DNA of 64,000 bases from Yuukianura sp. NJ FZ-2021 (taxonomy: Eukaryota). Positions 13,529 through 24,405 of this stretch are shown here, piece after piece. The stretch spans positions 7,378,001 through 7,442,000 of the forward strand of contig CM102286.1 in NCBI GenBank assembly GCA_046563655.1, written 5' to 3'. The notes below the pieces were generated by a model. The model saw nothing but the letters and a program-made list of their open reading frames with translations, searched no databases and was not told the DNA's origin. How positions within the stretch are numbered: the stretch's first letter is position 1; every line of letters begins with the position of its first letter. The position numbers and the translations under genes are program-made.

Positions 13529-14346
13529 TTAGGATTCTGGTTCGTGGCACAATGTTAGAGGCTGTTCCAAGATTTTCCCCTTATAATCCACCCTGCTCGG
13601 ATTCCGACGAACATCTCGAAGTTGACCTAGGGATAAGTAAAAAGTCTTTAATTAGACTTTTAGACAGCTACACCTCAACGACTTTTCATTAAATTTTCAA
13701 ATAATAAGTGGTGAAGATAACGTTAGTCACCCGCTGCTCCCAATGCACTACTAATGGCCGCATAAACGGCATCGAACTCTTCTTTAGCAGAGAACCGTAT
13801 GCACAAATCTCCGTCTGGATATCCTTCTCTGAACATAATCGTATAGATGGCTGGCGTTGATACCAAGGTTTTGGCTGAGATGACATATTGATGCTGATAT
13901 TGAATAACTCCAGCTATGCGGAATTCCAACAAGGACGCCTCAGCGACGAGAGTTAGGGTAGCCCCTACAACCCATTCCTGCCCAGCGTGTTTATAGTCCA
14001 CAATCATGTTAGTTACTCGAAGATTTTTTGTTGCTTCGACGAGTCGTTTACGAAATTTCGTCAAAGACTTGAGAGTCGACTTCAGCCTAAAAACGATCAA
14101 CTTGATTGAATTACTGTTTTTTTACGTGCTAGTCTCTCTAGTCAATTATTAAACTCACTTGTAGCGTTCACCTTTAGTAATGCACAATTGGTAAAATTCC
14201 TCTACTTGTTCTTCTGATGTGCAGTACTTGAATCTAGCATTGGAGTTAGGGTCAAGAACGTCTTTCTTGAAATTTGTCCAGTCATTGCCTTCATAAATGA
14301 ACTTTTCGAACTCAACTACACCAACCAAGACACGAGTGGAGAACAT
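13529..14346 (-). CDS. Uncharacterised ~215 aa protein, three predicted exons (14346-14159, 14086-13731, 13626-13529), possible PH-like fold
   Basis: Two stop-free ORFs join in phase 2 via gtgagt...ttttag. The second exon is beta-rich and ends in LCIRFSAKEEFDAVYAAI, reminiscent of the terminal strand-helix of PH/EVH1/RanBD folds. The third exon is less certain. Confidence 0.55.
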
Positions 14347-14750
14347 ATTAGAACGTTTTCGTTCTGTTTTGGGAAAGAAGAGTCCACACTTCGAAAATAT
14401 TCCCTCCTCTACAATTGCCGGTCCTCACTAAAACTCTGAAATTACTGAAGTTACTGTTCGAGGTGACGTAACTTATGTCTAGGAGCGTGGGAAGCGACCG
14501 GAACCCACAAAAACAATTCTCCAGTGATCTTGTTTATTTCTACCGCTGGGAAATGCATGTAAAGCACTGGGAAGAAAACTAACCTCTTTATAATGCTGTC
14601 TGAAGTTTGACCTACTATTCCGCTGATTCGTTTGAACTGTCAACAGTTTTGGCTATGCAAGCCGGAAATCGGTTGAAGTAAACTTGGGCCGCACGCCTGT
14701 CCCCACCCGTTCAAATTCTTGCGCTGCTTCAATTGTCCCCAAGTGTACAT

Positions 14751-14925
14751 AAGCGGGGGATCCTCCGAATCCAACAATCCGAAACGGCGAACTAGTGTAC
14801 CTCTTAGGGAACACGGAAATGGAAATACTAAAACGAAAAGGCAGTAAACGGAAATGTTTTTTGCATAAGTTTCTGTTACTGACATTTACGAACATCGGAA
14901 ATCACTTTAATAAAGCCTATTATTA
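14751..14925 (+). repeat. Duplicated ESF1 last-exon fragment and 3'UTR (copy of ~12354-12527)
   Basis: aagcgg.ggatcctccgaatccaa...aaaaggcagtaaacggaaat...ttgcataagttt...ctttaataaa matches the ESF1 terminus with indels. Confidence 0.9.
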
Positions 14926-15080
14926 CGCCTCATCCTCTCAATAAGCAACAAAAAACCTCAACCCTTTCTCCATTTCTTTTCAATGAGGCCTCAGTGCGGC
15001 CATAAAGGAAGCCTCTGAGAGGCTCACACAAGAACTGGAGAAAGGGTTGAGGTTTTTGTTTGCTTATTGAGAGAGAGGTG
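14926..15080. mobile_element. 155-bp TA-flanked MITE (Tc1/mariner-type) downstream of the NAA30 stop
   Basis: Arms ctctcaataagcaac..aaaaacctcaaccctttctcca / tggagaaagggttgaggtttttg..tgcttattgagag, with TA on both sides. The paralogous copy has the empty site (tctatTAcgctcctt at ~12521-12535). Confidence 0.85.
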
Positions 15081-15139
15081 TACGCTCCTTAGTTTAATAC
15101 ATGTAAAAGAAACAAAGATATTTGAAGGCACTGGATGCT

Positions 15140-15863
15140 CTACTTCAACCACAATTTGAGGCGGAGAGCGTCTACTCCATTCAAGTAATACCGGAACAAT
15201 CGTTTGTCGCGCACAAAGCCTAGGTTTTCATACAGTCGAAGTGCAGACTTGTTTGTGATTTCAGTCTCGAGAACGATCTGAAAACAAAAATTTCCGCTGT
15301 CATTGATTGTGTTGTAAAAGTGTTTATAGAGACAAAATGAGCTGGAATTGGAAAGCTTGCACAAAGAGTTTTATGGTTACAACGATTACCTCATCAGCAT
15401 CTTCTGCAGCCATTGCCCTAATGGATTGAAGGACAAGATTTGATCCTATCTTGCAGCGTCGATAGTTCTCATCCACAGCTAACATGGCAATGTAGCCTCG
15501 TTTGCTGTTCTGTTTATGAATATCCAGTTTGCAGACAATGGCACCGACGACCTTGTCTTCCTCTAAAGCCAAGAAACATAATTTGGGCCAGTTGTGGATA
15601 AAGTAACGGTACGTGTAGATTGAGTACGGTTCGGATAAGTCCTTCTGGATTAGCTTCATAATGAATGGCCTACGAAAAAATGAATTAGAGAAAATGTGAC
15701 ATTACTGCTTTCTAAAATATCACATCAATCACATCTCAAATTACATTTGTAACTCCGATTCATATGAGATGTATGTGATCCTGTTCCTGTCGTGTTCGGG
15801 CATTCCGTCGCTCGAATCTGCACACCCGTTTGAGTTTATTGGTTCTGTCTCCTCAGAAATCAT
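15140..15863 (-). CDS. NAA30: N-alpha-acetyltransferase 30 (NatC catalytic subunit, MAK3), exons 15863-15745, 15669-15390, 15277-15140
   Basis: [44 protein letters not shown]...[10 protein letters not shown]...[45 protein letters not shown]. Confidence 0.95.
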
Positions 15864-16598
15864 TTCATGTCCTTGGATAATGCTTCGTTATTATCAATTA
15901 CAATGGACAATGGTGATAGGTTGTCAGGAAGCATCAACTTCAACACGATTTCAACAACAAGAGAGCAAGCCAAGGAGCCACACTCGACAGTCGATATCCA
16001 CTCATCCTCCCAGTTTGTATTGGTAGTCCACCAAGAAAAACTAAAGAAATAATTCACACATATCTAAGAGTCAACGAGTCAAGTACTATGTACTAAAACA
16101 GTACTTACAATAGATAACAACGGGACGAGGATAGAATAGATAGGACACTGGACTGGACAGACGACACGAGGATTTGAGCTTATTTCTTCCCACTCCCTCC
16201 TCGACTTCGGCAATTTCTTTGAGACTATTATAAACGGCTAACAACTTTTAGCAAATGGAAACTAAACTTTAGGACTGGAATCCTGTGTGCAACCAGGAAT
16301 AAGTACGGATAAAAAGTACTACCGTACACTCGTTCGCAGTTTGCTGACTATAAAAACTTTTTCCCTGACCCTTTTTTGGTGAAAACACATCACGATTCAC
16401 GAATGGAAGGAAATGGAACCTGTGATCAGCTGATTTCCCTACGCAGAGATCCTGTGTTTACATTCGGGATCGGGATCGGGATTCGTCGAAAGATTAGACT
16501 TTCAAACTTCAACGGCAAGTTAAATAAAACGTGTCGGCTTACTTGATTCTAAATTGTCTAGACTTCCAAGGGGTGGGTCGAAGTTCACATTGAGTACG

Positions 16599-16926
16599 AT
16601 GTCCTTTCCTACCAAAGGTGACCGTGAGAAGTGCTGGTCAACGCGGGATCTTCTTTGGAAATGCCTGGATGAGAGTGGTGACAAACTGGAAGTATGCAAA
16701 GAATTTAGGAAATTGTACGAATCTAATTGTCCATCACAATGGGTAATACTGCCTAAAATCTTACCTAATAACCTAAAACTTAAAACAAACTTAAACTGCG
16801 ATTAACTCCTCTCGATACTCTTGCTCCTAGGTAAAACATTTCGACAGGAAACGGGAATATCTCAAATTCAAAGACAAGATACAAAATGATGGATTTGAAC
16901 CTATCGATCAACAGACTGCTTCATAG
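16599..16926 (+). CDS. COA6: Cytochrome c oxidase assembly factor 6 homolog (exons 16599-16742, 16831-16926)
   Basis: MSFPTKGDREKCWSTRDLLWKCLD...C..FRKLYESNCPSQW|VKHFDRKREYLKFK shows the CX9C-CX10C COX6B/COA6 pattern. Confidence 0.9.
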
Positions 16927-17102
16927 GTAGTACTAACAACAAGTCAACTATTCAAACCTTAGAACTAACCATTTATTTAGAAATCTTCAATTATTTTGTG
17001 AAAAGGAAACAATAATGTGAATTATTACACGCCCCGATTAACTTGACCCACTTTTTATGAAAATACATGCATCATGATGAATAGTATTCACACTTGCTCT
17101 CA

Positions 17103-17721
17103 TCAGTTCTCCAACACAGACACAAAATCCGTTAGTTTTTCAATTTGGCATTCCGTTGATGATAAATTAGCATCTTGTGTTGGTGGTTCCCGAGGTTCAA
17201 CTAAACCTTCTACAAGTGCCCAGCCTTTTTCCTTAACAATTGCTTCCATTTCCACCGGAGTAACTCCCAACAAAGTCGCTGAATCTGCTAGTCGAATTGA
17301 AGTATAGGCGCTGCCAATTAGGTGCACCATCTTTTCCTGGATCGAACCTGAGAGAAATTGAATTCAAGGATTAACAAAACCAACAACTTCTTATGAAACT
17401 AAAAATATTTGCCGCTTTACCTAATAAGCGAACCATAATGCCTTGGTTTCTAGCACTCCACTCGAATGAACGTGCCCTGCTGTAGAATTCGGGCATGTCC
17501 CTTAGCCACAGCGCTTGACCAACGCCCCAAATAGCGGCTAACTCTGGATTTTCCTTGTAGGCAGTAGGAATTCGTTTCCAGAGAAATTTGGCTTCACACA
17601 GATCATTCTCCAGCAGGTACAGCGCCAACTGCTCTTGCATATTTTCCAGAGTCTGTGGACTCCCAGCTTCTTCGTACTCGACTTTCTCTAAATAGGCAAT
17701 ACGGCCACTTACGTCCATCAT
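17103..17721 (-). CDS. COPS8: COP9 signalosome subunit 8 (exons 17721-17421, 17347-17103)
   Basis: LALYLLENDLCEAKFLWKRIP, ELAAIWGVGQALW.RD, LIGSAYTSI and the C-terminal QIEKLTDFVSVLEN* are typical of CSN8. Confidence 0.92.
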
Positions 17722-18709
17722 GACTTGCAGTAAAACCCTGTCAAACAAAAATATTGAGTGAAACAAGGAATAGTGTTAATAAATGAGGCGACACGACGGC
17801 GAAAGCATGCGATCGGATTACCACCTAAATGAAACATTTAACTTATACCAACTTTCTGAAGACTGATAAGCAAAGCTGTGGAATTTGAGCCTTGAAGTTT
17901 CAGTAAGCAACAACTAACGCAGAAGGTTGTGAGGACGATGACGCTGAGAGGTTGCCTGCCGTGCTTCCGTCCGGTCTGGTGGCACTTTCCTACTCGGTTA
18001 TTGCTAGGTTATATGTAAATGCAGGTAGACGATCCGCCGCTGCCAGTGACGACTCCTGTCTGTAACGGTAAGTTGCAAAATCGACCGACGATCTATGAAT
18101 ATGTCTTCCCTTTGTGTTTCTTGATCGATCGTTCAAAAAGACTTGACTTGTTCACTTTGACTTTGAGATTAAAATGACAAATGAAATGAAAATGAGACGA
18201 GGATGAGATGTTAAACAGAGAATGAAAAAGATTCCCGCTTTTTGTTCCTTCGACTTTTATGGGTGCGACTACCGAATTATTGGGGTTACCGTACCGTACC
18301 GCCTCTTATTTGCCAACAAAGGAAGAATTTTAGCGTTCCCACACTGAAATCATTCGAACAGTTTAAGCTTTAAGATTTAATAGGGGTCATCATCATATTT
18401 GTGGACCTTAACATATCCCTACATATTTCAAACCTATTTAGTAAATTACGTGTAGAATTTGAACAGAAAATGAGTCAGCTAAGTCTGTTTAGGTTGTTAG
18501 AGTAGAATAAGAAAATTCGGGAATTTGTAGCGGTTACAAAAATTATTAAATGAATAAATTAGGGAGCTGAACAAGTACAATAAACCAGCATCCATTTTGA
18601 TCAGTTAACAGTTAGGTCTCGGTTTGTCACAATCTTAGCCTATTCTGCTTGTAAGGAAAAAGTCACGAGAGATGAAGTCGTCAAAAATTAGATGGGCTTG
18701 TCTATCGTC

Positions 18710-19225
18710 CTAGTCTGAATCCTCTGCTGAACTTTTTTGTCCATCTTTTCTGGAAGATTTCGTTTTGCTGTCACTTCTAGAAAGGCGAGCAACTTTAGGT
18801 CCTCTCACACCTTCATGTCGCTTCAGAAATCCATAGTACCAATCATCACTGGCCATTCGTTTCTCCTTACTAAACTGGTTGGGAATCCCATTAGCTTGAC
18901 AATATTCGAAGCAAATCCTCTTTACATCAGTGCAGGCCACTGGGAAACCCTGGGCTCTGAGGTCCAAAATTGTTTTCTCCAACACATCTTCTTCTACTTT
19001 TGTCAATATAGGGTTTCCACCGCACGTTCGGAATTGATGAACATCAAGATTACCGCCTGAATTCATGAACTTTTGATACTGGCGATACAATGTTGCTCTT
19101 GAAATTCCAAACTGCTTCGCCGCATCATTGATTTTACATTTGCATTCTTTAATAAGGGTGAGGGCCTCCAATAAATCCTCTTTAGACCAGCGGTCGGCTG
19201 TTTTCCGCTTGTAATTCCTCACCAT
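18710..19225 (-). CDS. Psq-type HTH plus CENP-B/Tc5-type HTH protein (pogo/Tigger transposase-like DNA-binding region, no DDE domain)
   Basis: MVRNYKRKT..RWSKEDLLEAL...INDAAKQFGISRATL (HTH_psq), then LTKVEEDVL..ILDLRAQGFPV...ASDDWYYGFLKRH (CENP-B-type HTH), then a short basic/acidic tail and stop. Candidate 5'UTR intron at 19231-19327. Confidence 0.8.
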   Translation of the reverse strand: MVRNYKRKTADRWSKEDLLEALTLIKECKCKINDAAKQFGISRATLYRQYQKFMNSGGNLDVHQFRTCGGNPILTKVEEDVLEKTILDLRAQGFPVACTDVKRICFEYCQANGIPNQFSKEKRMASDDWYYGFLKRHEGVRGPKVARLSRSDSKTKSSRKDGQKSSAEDSD

Positions 19226-19910
19226 GATTCCTGTAAGCAATAACGGGAAACGATTATCTCCAACGTACTAAAAGGCACTCAACTATAACGCATGTTTCTT
19301 TCTCGTAAATTATATTGAAATAATTACCTGCCGTTTTGGTGCCTTCTTCTCCCTCCGTTTTAATATAATTCAACTGGCCACGGCAGACGTGAAGTCAGCT
19401 GTGGCACCTAACGTAGGGATGATACAAAATAACAATTGTCTTAGCTGAAGAGCAGGTCGCCTGTATACCCGCAACTGTACCAACGTCGTGGACCTTGATA
19501 TTGACGTTGATTGACACTGCGACTCGGCTTGCCTTGACTTTACTAAACGGTTGATTGGAAATAAGAATGAACGAATGAAGTTGAATGAAATTGGAAATTA
19601 AATATTATTATGACTTCAATTTAGTAATTGCTTTTACCTTCCTAAGGACGGGCTTCCTTGAAACTTGAAAGGAAACCGTATTCGTCTAAATAGAAATCCA
19701 GTGTTTAAAATAACTTTTAGAAATCGGTTACCACTTACTACAGAATCAGAATGCAGAACGGAGGACGAAGAGAAGAACCATAATAAAAGGATAGGAAGAT
19801 CGAAAACAAAATAGAGAGAAGACACAGTTCGGCAATTTCTGTGATGTTTAAGATGTCATGTTCAATTCTTTTAACACGGGTATACACACACATACATACA
19901 TATTAGAAGG

Positions 19911-20261
19911 CAGAGTTCGGCACTTCTGCTGCGCTCCCAAACACGCGATCCCCGATCTTCCGGCCTTACCCCGCGATCTGACCCGCTGCGATCCCCGATC
20001 TTTGAGCCTACCCCGCGATCTGACCCGATCCAGTCATGGGAGAGAAGGATCGCTGCTTCCGATCCCCGATCCCCATGCTGTTAACATTAGGAGCGGGGAT
20101 CGGGATCGCAAGAAGATCGCAAAATACCTTGCGCTCCTTTGCATCCGATCCCCGATCTTTTTCAAAAGATCGGGGAGCGGCGCACCCCGTTCCCAAAACT
20201 GGGATCGGAGATCGGGGATCGCGGGATCGCTGTGCCGGGATCGCATAAGTGCCGAACTATG
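19911..20261. mobile_element. 351-bp hAT-type MITE
   Basis: TIRs cagagttcggcactt / aagtgccgaactatg; exact 8-bp TSD TTAGAAGG (19903-19910, 20262-20269); many subterminal CGATCCC/GGGATCG motifs. Confidence 0.9.
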
Positions 20262-21403
20262 TTAGAAGGTGAAATATGGGAAATGGAACGGCAGCACACT
20301 ATAAAGAACATCGGTTGAGGTGCACCGAAACTTTCCCAATGTAAGCAGGACCACTTGCCCCAAAATCAATTTGTTAAAAAATCAAAAGTTAAATTATAGT
20401 TCATTATAATAATTATTATTGTGTTTCTAATAAATTTATGTTAGTTTTGAAGTTAAAACTTTTAGCTTTTATGTAATGAACTGATGTTGCATATCTAGTA
20501 CGCATTTCTGTCGTTTAATAACAAGAAGGCGCAGACTTATCGTTCTGCAGCTACTTCAGCACGAGTGGGGACTTTGAGAAACGCGGTATAGATTGGATCG
20601 AGTATTCCTCAGAAACCAATGTTAGGCTGAGTAAGCACTCCGATTCTGAGGATTAGGCACTTTTTCCATTTCTCGATTATACCGTTCCAATTCCAAATTC
20701 GCTTTGGCTACTAATAGGAACAAGGGGTATGATTTTCGTCTGCTGCAAGCAGAAGGTTAACGGACTTGAATTTGTCATAAAAACAGTATTCAGTAACACT
20801 AGCTAAAAAATTTTAAATGTTACTTCTGAAATTGTACTTTTAGTAATATTTACACAACTTTTAAATGATATCAAAAATCGATAAGTTTCTTCGACTATTA
20901 TTGTTTCTGAGCGTCCTCAGCCTTCTTCAAGCGGGTGCAACTTGGTTAGTTGAAGAGATGATTACTTTTTAATTATTACATTACGTAGTAGTCGTCGGAA
21001 ATTAAAACATGTGCGATGTGCAGTAAAACTTTACGTACAGCATAAGCAGTATGTTGCTGTGGTAATGACTACATATATACGATTTAAGGACAAACTTAGC
21101 TCAACGTTGCTTGAATTGTTGAACATTCGAAAAAACTTGACGTCTTTAGCTCAAGGGTTTTTGAGACATTGTTTTAACCAAGGTTGTTTGAATTACTAAA
21201 CCTTGGTTGAATTAATAACCTAACCTAATTACAAACAACTGAACCACCATTTAAGAAAACCTTGGTTTTAACTAAACCTACGCTACGTCGTACTCGTGAC
21301 CCATTTATACCTGTTTTTGTCTTTCAGCGTCGTCCAGTCCAGCGTCCAGCTAAAGCAAGCGGGAGAGCATTAAAATTCAACCAGAATTACCATTGCATCC
21401 AAG

Positions 21404-22858
21404 ATGAAACGTCGGACCGGATTTTTCATACTAGTTCCACTGTTCTTCATTGTACTGTGGTTTTTTTATGGTAAGCGAACTGTTTTTCTGAATTGGGTTT
21501 ATATTTTTTTTTAAAGTTCATTTTAACTTAACTCATAATGATGATGAGACGCTTTCTGGTTTGTTAACTTACCTTAGATAGTCGCCAAGCGGTTGTTACC
21601 GACCCTGCTGCAGATGGATTGCCATTATTAAGCCCTGCCGATCTTTATTCGAAGCCATGTTTTTCAAGGGGTCGTATTGTATCTGCTTTAGAAACTCAAG
21701 TGAGAACTATAACAATCATTGAGCAAACGTCTGCTCCTTGGCTCATTTTCATAAACTTATATTTCGGTTCGGATTTCAGCTTCATCATATTAAACAAAAG
21801 TCGAGCGTCGACTGTTTGAGCGACAAAGCTCTTTTTGTTCCTGACCTACCCAGAATTTATGTCATAACACCAACATTCACGAGGCCTGTTCAGAAGGCTG
21901 AACTAACGAGATTATCACACGCTTTCATGATGGTTCCGAATTTACACTGGATTGTTGTTGAAGATTCGGATAGCAAATCCGTGCTTGTGAAAAACCTTTT
22001 AGAAAGAACAGGTTTACCCTTTACTCATCTCAACATTGCCACCCCTAAGGACTGGAAATTGACGAAAAAGGTTGTCAATGGCTTGCAACATATAGTGATT
22101 AGAACTGTTTCATAATCGACCGTGAAACAACGCATGTCTTTATATCGTAGGACCCTCACTGGTCAAAGCCCCGCGGAGTGATTCAACGCAACGCAGCTCT
22201 GGAGTGGTTGAGAAATAACGTGACGCCGGATATCCAAGGCGTTCTGTATTTTGCAGACGATGATAATACTTATTCCTTGGAGCTTTTTGAAGAGGTATTT
22301 TGGTTCGATGTTTCGTAGTGTACTTGGTTAGGTGTACTGTGGCGTCATGAGTTGCAGTTTTCTAATTCCGACATTTTGTATGTTTCAGATGCGATACGTA
22401 AAGACTGTGGGAGTGTGGCCAGTAGGTTTGGTGGGTGGAGTAAAAGTTGAGCGTCCGAAAGTTGAAAACGGCAAGGTCACTGGATGGCTAACCGTGTGGT
22501 CACCAAACCGACCTTTTGCGATTGACATGGCGGGTTTTGCAGTGAATTTGAATCGATTCCTGAGTCGGCCAGAAGGAAAATTTGCATTTAAAGTAGAAAA
22601 AGGTTACCAAGAAAGTGAATTTTTGAGACATTTTGTGGACGATTTAGGAGAACTTGAACCGAAAGCAGATTTGTGCACCAAGGTAAGCAACCTAAAGAAA
22701 TTCGTGGTCGTCAATTTTGTAAAGTAAACTATTTTAATTTTGAATTTTCCCATTAGGTGTACGTTTGGCATACACGGACAGAAAAACCGAACTTGGTTCA
22801 CGATGAAACTTTAGCAAAACAAAAGCAGCGTACTACTGATAATGGGATTGAGGTCTGA
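21404..22858 (+). CDS. GlcAT-I: Galactosylgalactosylxylosylprotein 3-beta-glucuronosyltransferase I (GT43, GlcAT-I/B3GAT3-like), 6 coding exons
   Basis: Type II anchor [22 protein letters not shown]; motifs [86 protein letters not shown], ending GIEV*. Confidence 0.92.
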
Positions 22859-24405
22859 GATTGACAACTCTTTTAACATAGACACTGGACCGGTTTAGTC
22901 AGCATTCAATTGACATTGTTGTTCCATTGGTGATCGTGCCAATTATTTAACAATCATTTATCACAATATGGCTCAAGTGCTTATGACTTTTCGACTTTGA
23001 CTTTTAGTATTTCTTTAGTTTTAGTGTAGGTTTATTAGACTCGTTAGTATTAGCTTTAGACGAACTGATTCAACTCAATACTCAATCATAGAAGAGCAAA
23101 GCTGATTTCATAGAATTCCGGTCTGCATTTAACACGACATAATATTAAGTAATAATATATTTAGCTTCCCTTTCTAAGTAAGACGCTGCTTACATTTACT
23201 CAGTGTCACTATCTAACGTTTGATAAACATTGCACAGGGTAGCTTTTAAGAAAACAAGAATTACACATCACACTTACGTTAAACAAAAAAAAAAGACTCA
23301 AATTACAACGTTCAATGACTTTCTTCGTTTTCTTAAATAGGTGTGATTTTACCCTAATAATAAATACGAGATCTCACCTAGGTGTGTTATTGGCTTTAGA
23401 AATAGGCTTTGCAGCAAACCCTTTGCTGCACCAATATTTGCAGCAAACCATTTCAAAATGCGATTTAATATTTACTAACTTGTTATCTTTTTTTTATGAA
23501 AAATCATTACTACGATTACATTTTACATATCATAACGAATGTTTTCGCATCATGTTACGAAATGAACTTTCAGAAATGAGGTTTGATTCTGAGTTGTTTC
23601 AAGAAATTTGCAAGCATCCAGGTCAATTTTTCCAAATGTACGAAAATGTTTATTAGGCTTAGCAGGTTAACTTACGACAATTGTATTAAATATATAAAAA
23701 GTACAACTCTAGTTGTCACTTCCAAAGATCAAATAAATTCCCAGTAACAATTTAAAGAAGAGGGTATCATTACCTCAGTCAATCTCGTACAAAACAACAG
23801 CATTTGACGGACGTTTAGCATTAGTCTTACAATTAGTATAAATTACTGTCCTTGTCAACTGAAAGCATAAATTAATTGCCTTTTCATAACGGAGCATCTC
23901 CCTACTGATTCAATGGTCTACCTAAACAATTTATGGCAGAAAATTTATGAACACAACCAATTATAAGTTCCAGCCGGTACTATTTACTACAGACTAGGTT
24001 TTACTTAGGTTAACTTAAACATCTACTAAACTCTAAGTTCATTAAATTAGTTTCCAGAACCAATCCCTACATTGACGTTCGGACTACCTTCGCAAAGGGT
24101 ACCGGGGCTGCCATTACGATATTTTTCAAATTAATTAACTCCCGACAAACTGCTTACATTAGAAGAATAACGTTTTTACAGAAAATACTTCCCGGGAAAA
24201 AGTCGGCAGGGCTAGCATAACAAGAATTAACACTTTCCTAAGAAACCGAGATCTCTGGAAGTCAACTGCAATAAAAGAGAAAGTAACAAAACTAATTAAT
24301 TAATATATACTGGATTAAGTTAACTAAATATTGTGGGATGGCGAAGAAGCGGAATTAATTCGGATATGACGCTTCCCAAGTAATAGTGGAATTTAAGTAG
24401 GTCCT

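Noticed and set aside
13081..14750. Helitron or other transposon as carrier of the insert
   Set aside because: No 5' TC / 3' hairpin-CTRR ends, TIRs or LTRs are visible at the junctions.
19858..20265. Four overlapping ORFs of 62-135 aa
   Set aside because: All fall within the GC-rich hAT MITE bounded by TIRs and a TSD.
20560..20580. AAAGTCCCC on the minus strand, resembling the RNase MRP P4 motif
   Set aside because: No convincing 3' P4 partner or GARAR element at a suitable distance, and the downstream sequence is AT-rich.
21170..21280. TAACCTAACCTAA with short inverted repeats (telomere or telomerase-template-like)
   Set aside because: Only 2-3 units, and the motif is scattered through the window. 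There is no array or other support, so it is probably a small repeat remnant.
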